Below, piece by piece: positions 50,592-59,837 of a DNA stretch of 64,000 nt (position 1 is its first letter; every line of letters begins with the position of its first letter). Location: assembly GCA_963792415.1 (NCBI GenBank), contig CAWBVY010000006.1, forward strand, positions 448,001-512,000, read 5' to 3'. The notes beneath the pieces were generated by a model. It saw nothing but the letters and a program-made list of their open reading frames with translations, did no database searches and was not told the origin of the DNA. The translations under genes were made by a program, and so were the position numbers. Source of the stretch: Candidatus Deferrimicrobiaceae bacterium. GTDB lineage: Bacteria; Desulfobacterota; Deferrimicrobia; Deferrimicrobiales; Deferrimicrobiaceae.

Positions 50592-51950
50592 TCACGCTTT
50601 ATTCCTTTCCACAATCGCTCCGAATACGCCGTCGGAAACCCGGATATCCAGCCCCCGGCCGGGACGCGCCTCCGATATGGAACGGACAGCCTTCCCGGTG
50701 GCGCGATCGAGCACGATCGCGTACCCCCTGGTGAGCACGGCGGTCGGATTGAGGGACGCCAGCTTGCCGCCGAGAATATCGAGGGCGGATCGGAAGCGGC
50801 GGTTCCGTGCGTCCGCTTCGGTGCGTGCGCGGCCGAGAAGGACCGCGAGTTCCCCACGCCTTCCGGAAACCCACGCCGCGGGGGAGTGGATCCGCACCGA
50901 GGCGGAGAGACGCTCGACGGCCTCCCGCCCGTCCCGCACCGTCGAGCACGCAAGTTCCGAGAGCGAGGACGACAGCGCGTCGACGGCGTACCGCTTCCCC
51001 TGGAGGAGGGGGCGCGGATCCGACAATTTCCCCGCGGCGATCCGCCACTCCTGACGGGCCGTCTCCCTCGAACGCGCATCGGCCCGGCGCGCCCGCAGAG
51101 AGAGGGCCGCGACCCGGTCGAGGAGCTCGACCCGATCGGGGACGGCCATCTGCGCGGCGGCGGTCGGGGTGGGAGCGCGGTGGTCCGCGGCAAGATCGGC
51201 CAGCGTGAAGTCGGTCTCGTGCCCGACCGCACTGATGACCGGAACGGGCGAACGGAGGATGGCCCGCACGACCGCCTCCTCGTTGAACGCCCACAGGTCC
51301 TCGATCGAACCACCCCCGCGCCCGACGATAACAACGTCCGTGTCGCCGGAGGCGTACAGCGCGTCGAGCGCCGCCGCGATCTCCACCGCCGCGCCTTCCC
51401 CCTGGACCAGCGACGGCGCGAGAACGATCGCCACCCCCGGGAAGCGGGAGCGCGCCACCCGGACCATGTCGCGCAGGACAGCGCCGTGCAACGAGGTCAC
51501 GATCCCGAGCCGCCGGGGGAAGGGGGGAAGCGGGCGCTTGCGGACCGCGTCGAACAGCCCCTCCTCCGTGAGGCGGCGTTTCCGCCGCTCGAGCTCCACG
51601 AGAAGGTTCCCGACGCCCCGGACCTCGGCGGACCGGGCGTAGATCTGGTACTCCCCCTTCTTCTCGAACACCCCGAGGGATCCGGTGACGATCACGGTCT
51701 GCCCGTCGCGAATCTCCCCGAGGATGTTCCGCTCGTTCCCGCGGAACAGGACGACGCGTATCTGCGCCCCCTCGTCCTTCAGGGAGAAATACCGGTGGCC
51801 GGACGCCTCGTACCGTTTGTAGTTCGACACCTCTCCCTCGACCCGCACGGTCCGGAAGGACGACTCGAGGAGCCTCTTGATCTTTCCGGTCAGTTCGGTG
51901 ACGGAATAGACGTCCCCGGAGGGCGATGCGCCGAAAAGGTCACGTTCCAC
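50592..51950 (-). CDS. xseA: Exodeoxyribonuclease VII large subunit
   Basis: SGHRYFSLKD, GRGGGSIEDLWAFN, SAVGHETD, APTPTAAA. Confidence 0.97.
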   Translation of the reverse strand: MERDLFGASPSGDVYSVTELTGKIKRLLESSFRTVRVEGEVSNYKRYEASGHRYFSLKDEGAQIRVVLFRGNERNILGEIRDGQTVIVTGSLGVFEKKGEYQIYARSAEVRGVGNLLVELERRKRRLTEEGLFDAVRKRPLPPFPRRLGIVTSLHGAVLRDMVRVARSRFPGVAIVLAPSLVQGEGAAVEIAAALDALYASGDTDVVIVGRGGGSIEDLWAFNEEAVVRAILRSPVPVISAVGHETDFTLADLAADHRAPTPTAAAQMAVPDRVELLDRVAALSLRARRADARSRETARQEWRIAAGKLSDPRPLLQGKRYAVDALSSSLSELACSTVRDGREAVERLSASVRIHSPAAWVSGRRGELAVLLGRARTEADARNRRFRSALDILGGKLASLNPTAVLTRGYAIVLDRATGKAVRSISEARPGRGLDIRVSDGVFGAIVERNKA

Positions 51951-52862
51951 TCAATGCTCCCGGGCGATCCGGGCGGGTACAGCCAGAAGCTCCTCGACGG
52001 TCACGGGGCGGATTCCTTCCGTGCGCAACTGCGTGAGGAGTTCGAGAAGGGCCTTGCGCGTCTCGCGGCGGGCGTGGCACAGGAGAATCGCCTCGCCCCG
52101 CTCCTTCGCCAAAGCGATAACGGCGGCCCACTGGCGCCGCATCTCCTCGGGCCGGCCGTCGTCGTCGAGGAAGGCGTCACGCCGGGTCGCGCGGACCCCC
52201 GCGTCCTCCATGGCCATGGATGCGACGGTGCCCGCCGAGGTTACGCTGTCGACGAAGAAGAACCCTTTCCTCTTGAGCGCCCGCGCGAAGGATGCCATCG
52301 CGCCGAGGTCGGAGGTGAACGCCGACCCCATGTGATTGCACGCTCCGTTCGCCTGGGGAACGTCGGCGGCCATCCGGGCGAAACGGTCCGCGATCTCCTC
52401 CGGCGTCATCCCCCGGCGAAGGAGGAACGGCTTCGTCCGGTCGGCGACGCCGCCTTCCGCCTCCATCGGGACGTTGAGGATCACGCCGAAGCCGCGGGTC
52501 CGGGCCGAAGCCGCGAACGATTTGGAGGAGGGACCGTACGGTAAGACGGATACGGTGATCCGCTCTGGAAAGTCGAGCCACTCGGCGTCCCGCACCGGAT
52601 CGTACCCGAAGTCGTCGACGACGATCGCGAGCCGGGGACCCGGAGGCGGCCCGGCCGCCCCGTTGTCCGAGGCGACCGGGGACATCGGGACCACGGCGGG
52701 GGAGTCCGCGAGCTTATCCCCCGTCGACCGCTCCGCCTCGGGCGCCCGGAACAGGACGACACCCACCAGCAGCAGGCCTGCGAGGAAAGCCCCGGCCATC
52801 AGGACGCCCCACCCCCACCGCTTCCTTCCCCTGCCCTTCCTCCCGGCGACGGTTCCCGGCAT
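51951..52862 (-). CDS. Divergent polysaccharide deacetylase family protein
   Basis: LAIVVDDFG, NVPME, NHMGS.FT, FFVDSVT, RDAFLD. Confidence 0.9.
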   Translation of the reverse strand: MPGTVAGRKGRGRKRWGWGVLMAGAFLAGLLLVGVVLFRAPEAERSTGDKLADSPAVVPMSPVASDNGAAGPPPGPRLAIVVDDFGYDPVRDAEWLDFPERITVSVLPYGPSSKSFAASARTRGFGVILNVPMEAEGGVADRTKPFLLRRGMTPEEIADRFARMAADVPQANGACNHMGSAFTSDLGAMASFARALKRKGFFFVDSVTSAGTVASMAMEDAGVRATRRDAFLDDDGRPEEMRRQWAAVIALAKERGEAILLCHARRETRKALLELLTQLRTEGIRPVTVEELLAVPARIAREH

Positions 52863-52873
52863 ATTCCGACCGG

Positions 52874-54271
52874 TCAGGACGCCTTCCGCTTGTCGATGAA
52901 CCGGGACTTGAAGATTTCCCACCCCTTCAGAAGCTCGACCGCGCGGTCGAGCTGGGGGTCCTTCACTTCACCCGGACGCACTTCGGACTCCCGTGGGGTT
53001 TCCTTCTTCCCGCCGTTCCGGTCCTCCTTTTTTCCCGCCTTCGGAACGACGACCGGCGTCGGCGGTTCCTCTCCGTCCCCCTTCAGGTGCCGCTCGATGT
53101 CCTTCTCCCGCAGCATCCCCGCATGACCTTCGGGCGGCTCCCTGCCGTCCGAAACAAGGATGTCGGGCTCGATCCCCTTCGCCTGGATCGACCGCCCGTT
53201 GGGGGTGTAGTACCGGGCCGTCGTCAGCCGGAGCGCGGAGCCGTCCTCCAGCGGAAGGATCGTCTGGACCGACGCCTTGCCGAAGGTGGTCTGGCCGATG
53301 ATGATCGCCCGTCCGTGGTCCTGCAGCGCGCCTGCGACGATCTCGGAGGCGGAGGCGGACCCGGCGTTCACCAGCACGACGATCGGGAACCCGGTGTACG
53401 TCCCCTCCTTGTGGGCGACGTACTTCGTCTTCTGGGCCTCGACCCGGCCGTCCGTGTAGACGATGAGCCCCGATTCAACGAACTCGTCCGCGATCCGGAC
53501 CGCCTGGTCGAGCAGTCCGCCCGGGTTGTTCCGCAGGTCGAGGATGAGGCCTTTCAGCCCCCCCTTCTCCTTCAGGAACGCCTGCAGGGCCCGGTTGACC
53601 TCCTGGTGGGAGTCCTGCTGGAACTGCGCCAGCCGGATGTAGCCGATCCCGTCCCCCATCGGCTTGGACTTGACGCTCTTGATCTTGATGATGTCGCGCG
53701 TGATGGTGTATGCCTTCGGCTCGGGCAGCGATTCCCGCACCACCGTGATCGTGACCTTGCTCCCCGGCTCTCCCCGGAGCCGCTTCACAGCGTCCATCAC
53801 ATTCATGTTCTTGGTCGACTCGTTCTCGATCTTCACGATCTTGTCCCCGGCGAGCAGGCCCGCCCGGGCCGCCGGGGTGTCCTCGATCGGTGCGATCACC
53901 GTGAGAAAGCCTTCCTTCATCCCGATCTCGATCCCCAGGCCCCCGAACGTCCCCTTCGTCTCGACCTCGACCTGCTTCAGCATCTCCGGTGTGAGGTAGG
54001 AACTGTGCGGATCGAGCGTCTGGACCATCCCGTTCACAGCCCCCCGGACGAGGTTGTCGACGTTCACCTCCTCGACATAGCTGCTCTGGATGATCGAGAG
54101 GACGTCGCCGAAGAGCTTCAGCTTGCTGTAGGCGACGTTCGCCTGCGCGCCATGCCGGGAGGTCGTGAGGTCTCCCACCACGAATCCTCCGACGAACACC
54201 GCGACGATCAGGACGGTTCCCAGCCACTTGCTCCCCGTTGTCTTGCGGGGTGCGGCTCCTTTTGGCTCCAT
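52874..54271 (-). CDS. ctpA: Carboxyl-terminal processing protease (S41)
   Basis: LDPHS, PDZ GGLGIEI, LDLRNNPGGLL, SASASEI, TFGKASVQ. Confidence 0.95.
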   Translation of the reverse strand: MEPKGAAPRKTTGSKWLGTVLIVAVFVGGFVVGDLTTSRHGAQANVAYSKLKLFGDVLSIIQSSYVEEVNVDNLVRGAVNGMVQTLDPHSSYLTPEMLKQVEVETKGTFGGLGIEIGMKEGFLTVIAPIEDTPAARAGLLAGDKIVKIENESTKNMNVMDAVKRLRGEPGSKVTITVVRESLPEPKAYTITRDIIKIKSVKSKPMGDGIGYIRLAQFQQDSHQEVNRALQAFLKEKGGLKGLILDLRNNPGGLLDQAVRIADEFVESGLIVYTDGRVEAQKTKYVAHKEGTYTGFPIVVLVNAGSASASEIVAGALQDHGRAIIIGQTTFGKASVQTILPLEDGSALRLTTARYYTPNGRSIQAKGIEPDILVSDGREPPEGHAGMLREKDIERHLKGDGEEPPTPVVVPKAGKKEDRNGGKKETPRESEVRPGEVKDPQLDRAVELLKGWEIFKSRFIDKRKAS

Positions 54272-54286
54272 GCGCTTGTCGGCTCC

Positions 54287-55510
54287 TTAACGGTCTAGTG
54301 GGATAACGGAGGTCGGATCGATGGCGGTGCCTCCCGCCCGCAGCTCCAAGTATAACACCGATTTCCCGGACGGCGATCCCGGCAGTCGCCCAACCACCGT
54401 CCCTTTATTCACGGCCTCGCCCTGCTTCACGAGGAACGAATCCAGGCGGCCGTACACGGAAAAGAGCCCGCCACCGTGCTGCACGATCAGCACGTTTCCG
54501 AACCCGGAGACGGCCCCGGCGAACGCGACCTCCCCCTGCCCGACCGACTTCACGGACGCCCCCGAAGGAGCTTCGATCTCCACCCCGCGGTTCTCGATCG
54601 TCACGTCGAACGTCGTGTCGTGCTGTCGTCCGAAGCGGGTGACCACCTTTCCCGGCAACGGCGCGGAAAGCCCCCCCGAAAGCGACGCGAACCGTCGCGG
54701 GGCTTCCGCGGCCCCCCCCGCCCCCGATTTCCCCGCCGCCGCCTTCCGCGCGCGCCGTTCCCGCTCCTTCACTTGCCGTTCCACCCGGGACACGACGGAC
54801 TCCATCCGGGCGATCTTCGCGCGAAGGGATTTCAGCTCCTTCTCCTTCCGCTTCTTCTCCCGCTCGATCCCGGCGAGGCGCCGGCGCTCCGCCTCCTGCC
54901 GGGAGAGGAGCGTATCGCCGACCTGCTTCTCCCGGGTCCTCTTCTTCTCCGTGACGGCGACCTGCCGCTCGAGCCCGGTGAGTTCCTCCTCCTTCCGGTC
55001 CCGGTCCCGGGTGATCCTGGCGACACCCTCCGCGTCCGCCGCGAGGTAGACACGCATGAAGTGCCGCTCCCTTTCCCGGTCGGACGGGTGCCACGGATCC
55101 CCCTCTCCGGCCCCTTGCCCGGCGAAGGCGACGACTACCGCCCGGCGGAGGTCGGTCCTGGCCTGCCCGTGCGCCGCCTCGAGTTCCCGCACCGCCTTCT
55201 CCGTCCGCTCCAGCCGGTCGTTCAAGGCCGAGACCTTCCGTTCGATGCCGGAGAGCAGGCGTTTCTGGCGCTTCAGCCGCCCCTGCAGTTCATCGACGCG
55301 CCCCTTCGAACGTTTCTCCTTCCGGAGCGCCTCGGTCAACTCCCGGGCCGTCTTCTCCTCCCGCTCTTTCATCTCGAGCAACCGGCCTTTCTCCCTGCGA
55401 AGTTCGGCCGCGACATCCCGCGCCCCCCTTGCCGCAGGTGGGAAGAGGACCCCAAGCGACACCATCGCGACGAGGAACGCGGAGAGGATCCGGCGGGCTC
55501 CCGGTGTCAT
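54287..55510 (-). CDS. envC: Murein hydrolase activator EnvC-like
   Basis: Signal, long coiled coil, degenerate LytM (NRGVEI, SVYGRL, LYLELR); downstream of ftsX. Confidence 0.85.
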   Translation of the reverse strand: MTPGARRILSAFLVAMVSLGVLFPPAARGARDVAAELRREKGRLLEMKEREEKTARELTEALRKEKRSKGRVDELQGRLKRQKRLLSGIERKVSALNDRLERTEKAVRELEAAHGQARTDLRRAVVVAFAGQGAGEGDPWHPSDRERERHFMRVYLAADAEGVARITRDRDRKEEELTGLERQVAVTEKKRTREKQVGDTLLSRQEAERRRLAGIEREKKRKEKELKSLRAKIARMESVVSRVERQVKERERRARKAAAGKSGAGGAAEAPRRFASLSGGLSAPLPGKVVTRFGRQHDTTFDVTIENRGVEIEAPSGASVKSVGQGEVAFAGAVSGFGNVLIVQHGGGLFSVYGRLDSFLVKQGEAVNKGTVVGRLPGSPSGKSVLYLELRAGGTAIDPTSVIPLDR

Positions 55511-56397
55511 TTCCGACCGGCGCGGGCCGCACTCCATCCGAGGAGGGACGCCGCCGCGCAGAGCAGGGCCGCGCCGATGGAGAAGAGAACGGCCGCCGCA
55601 ATCGTCCGGGGAAGAAGGAGGTCGGCCGGGGGACCGATCACCCTTTCAAGGAACGGGAATTTCCGAAGGGAGAGGAACAGCGCCCCGCCGCCCGCCGCCG
55701 TTCCGGCCGCCGCGAGGAGGAATCCGGAAATCGCCGCCCCCCCCGCGCGGAGAAAGGCCAGGCGGCCCGAGGAAACCCCCCGCTCCGCGAGAAAGGCGAA
55801 ATCCGTTGCAAGGGCGACCGCGCGCGCCCGCTCCTGGAGGCGGCCGACGAGGAAGAAGCCGGCGAGGAAGGCGCCGAAGATCCCCCAGCACGCCCAGGAT
55901 GCCAGACGGCCGGCGCGCAGCAGCCGGGGAAGCCATTCCTCCCCCGCCAGTACCCGCTCGACCTGGGAGACGGCCCGGAGGGCGGAGGCGACGAGGTCGA
56001 CATCTTCCCCGGTCAACCGGTCGGGACGGATCCGGATCTCGATGTAGCCCGGCAACGGATTCTCTCCGGCGCCGCGCAGCGGTTCCAGACCCGGATACGC
56101 CAGCAGGAACTCCTTCCACGCCGCCTCCGGGTCCCGGTACGTCGCGGAGCGCACCTGGGGGAGTGCGGCGGCCTTCCGCGCCAGTCCTTCCGCCTCTGCG
56201 GAAGGGACCTCCGCGCGCAGTACCGCGGTAATGGCGTACCGGTCGGCAAGGATCCGGCTCACCCCTCCCGACAGGACCAGGGTAAGGAGCGCGAAGCCGA
56301 GGAGGCAGAAGTAGAGGAACCGCCCGATCGTCTCCCGCACGAGAGGATCCCGGGAAAGACGCCAGTCGATCCACAACAGGGAAGGCCGTTCGCTCAA
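55507..56397 (-). CDS. ftsX: Cell division permease FtsX-like
   Basis: TM, periplasmic domain with ENPLPGYIEI, three further TMs; TTG start overlaps the ftsE stop. Confidence 0.78.
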   Translation of the reverse strand: MSERPSLLWIDWRLSRDPLVRETIGRFLYFCLLGFALLTLVLSGGVSRILADRYAITAVLRAEVPSAEAEGLARKAAALPQVRSATYRDPEAAWKEFLLAYPGLEPLRGAGENPLPGYIEIRIRPDRLTGEDVDLVASALRAVSQVERVLAGEEWLPRLLRAGRLASWACWGIFGAFLAGFFLVGRLQERARAVALATDFAFLAERGVSSGRLAFLRAGGAAISGFLLAAAGTAAGGGALFLSLRKFPFLERVIGPPADLLLPRTIAAAVLFSIGAALLCAAASLLGWSAARAGRK

Positions 56398-57089
56398 CCG
56401 GGTTCTCCTTTCGCTGCCGCCGCCGCACCGGGGAGGCGGTACACGCGGAATGGCCCGACGGGCTCCGGATTCCCTGCCGCCAGGGCCCACCGCTCCGGGA
56501 TCCTGCGCTCCACGAGAATGACCGTGTTCCCTTCCCGGGCCAGGGCGCGGAACAGCCCCCAGAGCATCTCCCAGAAAGGGACCCCCGCGCCCGCGACCAG
56601 GCCGTCGCAGAACAGGACCTTCGGACCGCGCAGCAGCTCCGCGGCAAGGCACGCCCGTCCCCGCTCGGAGATCGACAGCTCGGCGATCCTCCACCCCGAC
56701 GCGCCCTGCAGGCCGACCATCTGGAGGAGGCGATCCGTGCGCTCCTTCCGCTCGCTTTCCCGCACGCCGCCCCCGGCAAGGGCGGAGCGGCGAAAGAGGT
56801 CCCCCACCGTCAGGCGCGCGTCGGCGACCGTTTGTTCCGGGATGTAGCCGCAGGAAGCGCGCCAGGCGCGGGCAAGGGCGGCGTCCCCCCGGTACAGGGA
56901 CTCCCCGGAGACGACGACGTCCCCGGCATCCGGCCTGCGCTCCCCGCGGAGGATGGAGAGGAGCAACGTCTTTCCCGACGACGGCGGTCCCGTGACGAAC
57001 CACGCCGCGGCGTCCCCGAACGCAAAGTCGAGTCCGTCCCAGAGGGTTGCCCCCCGGGAGAAGACCCCCAGCCGGAACCCCTCGATCAT
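56394..57089 (-). CDS. ftsE: FtsE-like ABC ATPase with degenerate motifs
   Basis: Walker A GPPSSGKT; signature LSISERGR; Walker B LFCDG; position upstream of ftsX-envC. Confidence 0.72.
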   Translation of the reverse strand: MIEGFRLGVFSRGATLWDGLDFAFGDAAAWFVTGPPSSGKTLLLSILRGERRPDAGDVVVSGESLYRGDAALARAWRASCGYIPEQTVADARLTVGDLFRRSALAGGGVRESERKERTDRLLQMVGLQGASGWRIAELSISERGRACLAAELLRGPKVLFCDGLVAGAGVPFWEMLWGLFRALAREGNTVILVERRIPERWALAAGNPEPVGPFRVYRLPGAAAAAKGEPG

Positions 57090-57382
57090 CGGTCCCCGGG
57101 GTCCCCTTCGGCAGGCACGATATCCCCGGACATCAGCCGCCGGATCTCCTCGAGGTGCTGCGCCTTCATCCGGTCCTTGAGCTCGGCCTGCCAGTTCGGC
57201 AGCCCGAGCAGGTCCTCGTACGACGTGCGGACGCTGTCGAGGATCGCGCCGCCCTGGAACGCGTGGGTGATGATCTGCGGGTTGTCCTTCCCCCCGTCCT
57301 CCGTCTGGACGTGGTACACCTTTCCCCGGAACCGGATGTTGTGGTTGAATCCCGAGAGCATCCTCATCTGCGGTCCGCCCAT
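57086..57382 (-). CDS. romY: RomY-like protein (conserved N-terminal domain only, 98 aa)
   Basis: SGFNHNIRFRGKVYHVQTEDGGKDNPQIITHAFQGGAIL...MKAQHLEEIRRL; upstream of ftsEX as for Myxococcus romY. Confidence 0.7.
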   Translation of the reverse strand: MGGPQMRMLSGFNHNIRFRGKVYHVQTEDGGKDNPQIITHAFQGGAILDSVRTSYEDLLGLPNWQAELKDRMKAQHLEEIRRLMSGDIVPAEGDPGDR

Positions 57383-57423
57383 CGCCCCTTCGCCTCTCCC
57401 CTTCCGGTTCGTGGTTGGATCCG

Positions 57424-58218
57424 CTACAGGGACACGCGGACCACGTCGTGCAACTCCATTCCGAAAAATCCCTTCCCCACCCGCGCGAACCGCTCCGGAT
57501 CGTCCGTCACGAGGAATTCGACCACTCCCGGTGCCACGGCCCGGCGAACCTGCGTCTCGGAGAGCAGGATGTCGACAACCCGCGCGGCTTCCTCGGCGGA
57601 GTCGATCAGGACGGTGCCGCCCCCGAGGTAATCCCGGATCGGCGCCTTCAGCACGGGGTAATGGGTGCACCCGAGGATCAGCGCGTCGGGCGGATCTTCA
57701 AGGAACGGGGCGAGGTATTCCGCGATCACGGCGCGCGTGATCGCGTTGTCGGTCCACCCCTCCTCCGCCAGCGAGACGAGGAGCGGACACGGGATCGAAC
57801 GGACCCGGGCCGATGGAACGGAGAGCCGCAGCGCCTCTTCGTACGCCCCCGAACGAACCGTGCCGAGCGTCCCGATGACGCCGATCGTCCGGTTTCCGGG
57901 CAGGGCGGCGGCGCGCCGCACGCACGGGTCCACCATCCCCACAACCGGGATCTTGTAGATCTTCCGAAGCACGGGAAGGGCGAGGGAGGAGGCGGTGTTG
58001 CACGCGACAACGAGGAGCTTGATGTCGCGGGCCCGGATCAGGTGATTCGCGATCTCGATCGCGTACCGCGTGACGGTTTCCGCGGACTTCCCCCCGTAAG
58101 GCACGCGGGCCGTGTCGCCGAGGTACACGAACCGCTCCGACGGAAGCGCGGACACCAGCTCCCGCAGGACGGTCAACCCTCCCACGCCGGAATCGAACAC
58201 GCCCACCGGGTTTTCCAA
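57424..58218 (-). CDS. murI: Glutamate racemase
   Basis: GVFDSGVGGLTV, DTARVPYG, VACNTAS, LILGCTHYP. Confidence 0.97.
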   Translation of the reverse strand: MENPVGVFDSGVGGLTVLRELVSALPSERFVYLGDTARVPYGGKSAETVTRYAIEIANHLIRARDIKLLVVACNTASSLALPVLRKIYKIPVVGMVDPCVRRAAALPGNRTIGVIGTLGTVRSGAYEEALRLSVPSARVRSIPCPLLVSLAEEGWTDNAITRAVIAEYLAPFLEDPPDALILGCTHYPVLKAPIRDYLGGGTVLIDSAEEAARVVDILLSETQVRRAVAPGVVEFLVTDDPERFARVGKGFFGMELHDVVRVSL

Positions 58219-58302
58219 GCCTGCTCCTGAAACCTTTGATTTTTTTAAGGTAAAACGCTATCGTATCAAAGTCAACCGAGCGTCGTCCGAAAGGGGGACA
58301 CC

Positions 58303-58587
58303 GTGGATCAGATAATCGATTTTCTCACCAACAAGAACCTGGTGGAAATGGCCGCCGACCCCCGGGTCCTTTTCGGCACCGCGGTCGTCTTCGTCCTGGC
58401 GATCCTGTTCCGCTGGAAATACGTGCTCCTCTTTCTCTTCGCGATCGGCGCGACGATGACGGTCCTTCGGTACACGGGGGGAGGGGGCACCTCCGATACG
58501 ATCGTCGACCAGAACATGATGCTGTTCATCGGCGGGACGATCGTGATCGCCATCGTCCTCATCTACTTCCTCTTCATCGCGGACTGA
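58303..58587 (+). CDS. Small integral membrane protein
   Basis: GGGGG RBS, three hydrophobic segments, high-GC3 codon usage. Confidence 0.8.
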   Translation: MDQIIDFLTNKNLVEMAADPRVLFGTAVVFVLAILFRWKYVLLFLFAIGATMTVLRYTGGGGTSDTIVDQNMMLFIGGTIVIAIVLIYFLFIAD

Positions 58588-58591
58588 TCCC

Positions 58592-59572
58592 ACGTCGCGC
58601 GTCGGCTTCACCACCACGATCCCCGTCGAGATCCTCTTCGCGGCGGGGCGCGTCCCCGTCGACCTGAACAACGTGTTCATCGGGTCGGACCTCCCCGCGG
58701 AGTACCTCCGGGCCGCCGAGGCGGACGGCTTCCCGCGAAACAGCTGCGGCTGGATCAAGGGGATCTACGGCGTGGCCCGCCGGAACGATTTCCGCGAGAT
58801 CGTCGCCGTCACGCAGGGGGATTGCAGCTTCACCCAGGCGCTGATGGAGGTGCTGCGGTACCGGGGGGTGTCCGTGGTGCCGTTCGCCTTCCCGTTCGAC
58901 CGCGACCCCGACCTCCTCTCCAGGGAACTGGCGAAGATGGCGGCCCACTTCGGGACGACGGTCGCCGAGGGGGAGCGATGGAAGGAGCGCCTCGTCGGCG
59001 CCCGTCGCCTCGCCCACCAGATCGACCGCCTGACGTGGGAAGGGGGGAAGGTGACCGGGGAGGAGAACCACCGGTGGCTGGTCGCCTGCTCCGACTTCGA
59101 CGGCGACCCGGACGATTACGCGCGGAGGGCCGCCGCGTTCCTCGCCGAGGCGTCGGCGCGGCCCGCGCGGAACGACTTCGTCCCGATCGCCTTCGTCGGC
59201 GTGCCCCCGATCGTGACCGGGCTGCACAGCTGCTTCGAGGAGGCGGGCGCCCGGACCGTTCTGAACGAGGTGCAGCGGCAGTTCTCCATGCCGGGGACCA
59301 CGGGCTCGCTCGCCGAGCAGTATCTGTCCTACACCTATCCCTACTCCTTCTTCGAGCGGCTGGCGGACATCAAGGCGGAGGCGGCGCGGCGGGAGGTGCG
59401 GGGGATCGTCCATTACGTCCAGTCGTTCTGCTTCCGCCAGATCGAGGACATTATCTTACGGGAAGAGGTCGGTGTGCCGGTCCTTACGCTGGAGGGCGAC
59501 GCTCCCGGCCCGGTGGACGGCCGGACGAAAATCCGGGTCCAGGCGTTCGTCGAAATGCTTCAGGGGCGCTGA
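58592..59572 (+). CDS. 2-hydroxyacyl-CoA dehydratase subunit D-like protein (apparent ACG start)
   Basis: VGFTTTIPVEILFAAG, DLNNVFI, GFPRNSCGWIKGIY, QGDCS, HYVQSFCFR, LTLEGD; conserved N-terminus lies upstream of ORF-track start 58673. Confidence 0.85.
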   Translation, partial: TSRVGFTTTIPVEILFAAGRVPVDLNNVFIGSDLPAEYLRAAEADGFPRNSCGWIKGIYGVARRNDFREIVAVTQGDCSFTQALMEVLRYRGVSVVPFAFPFDRDPDLLSRELAKMAAHFGTTVAEGERWKERLVGARRLAHQIDRLTWEGGKVTGEENHRWLVACSDFDGDPDDYARRAAAFLAEASARPARNDFVPIAFVGVPPIVTGLHSCFEEAGARTVLNEVQRQFSMPGTTGSLAEQYLSYTYPYSFFERLADIKAEAARREVRGIVHYVQSFCFRQIEDIILREEVGVPVLTLEGDAPGPVDGRTKIRVQAFVEMLQGR

Positions 59573-59680
59573 GCCCTAAGGACTCCGGGCTCGCGGGGGG
59601 CTTCCACTCCGCTACGTTCGCGACCTTCGACCGCTCACTGCGATCCCGCTCGACGCAATCGATGCCTCGCTCCATACGCC

Positions 59681-59716
59681 GCCCCACTCCCGGACAATGG
59701 TCGCTCCCTGGGGTAC
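59681..59716. repeat. Dispersed intergenic repeat, copy 2
   Basis: GCCCCACTCCCGGACAATGGTCGCTCCCTGGGGTAC; 30/36 identical to 8825-8860. Confidence 0.75.
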
Positions 59717-59837
59717 TCCTGATGAAACAAGACCGGGGAGCACTGCGTGGCCCCCCCGCTGTGCCCCCCGTTTTTCCTGCTGCGGGGGTACCCCAGCAGC
59801 GCGGAGCTCGTATTGGGGCGCCCTTCGTCCCAGAAAC

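Noticed and set aside
54287-54700. Missing Zn ligands in the EnvC M23 domain
   Set aside because: Degenerate LytM domains are normal for EnvC
56398-57003. Long N-terminal extensions in the ORF track (ftsX; also pepP, aroQ, dxs, nfnB, pilS2)
   Set aside because: They overlap upstream genes in another frame; coupled starts next to the upstream stop or RBS-supported starts fit better
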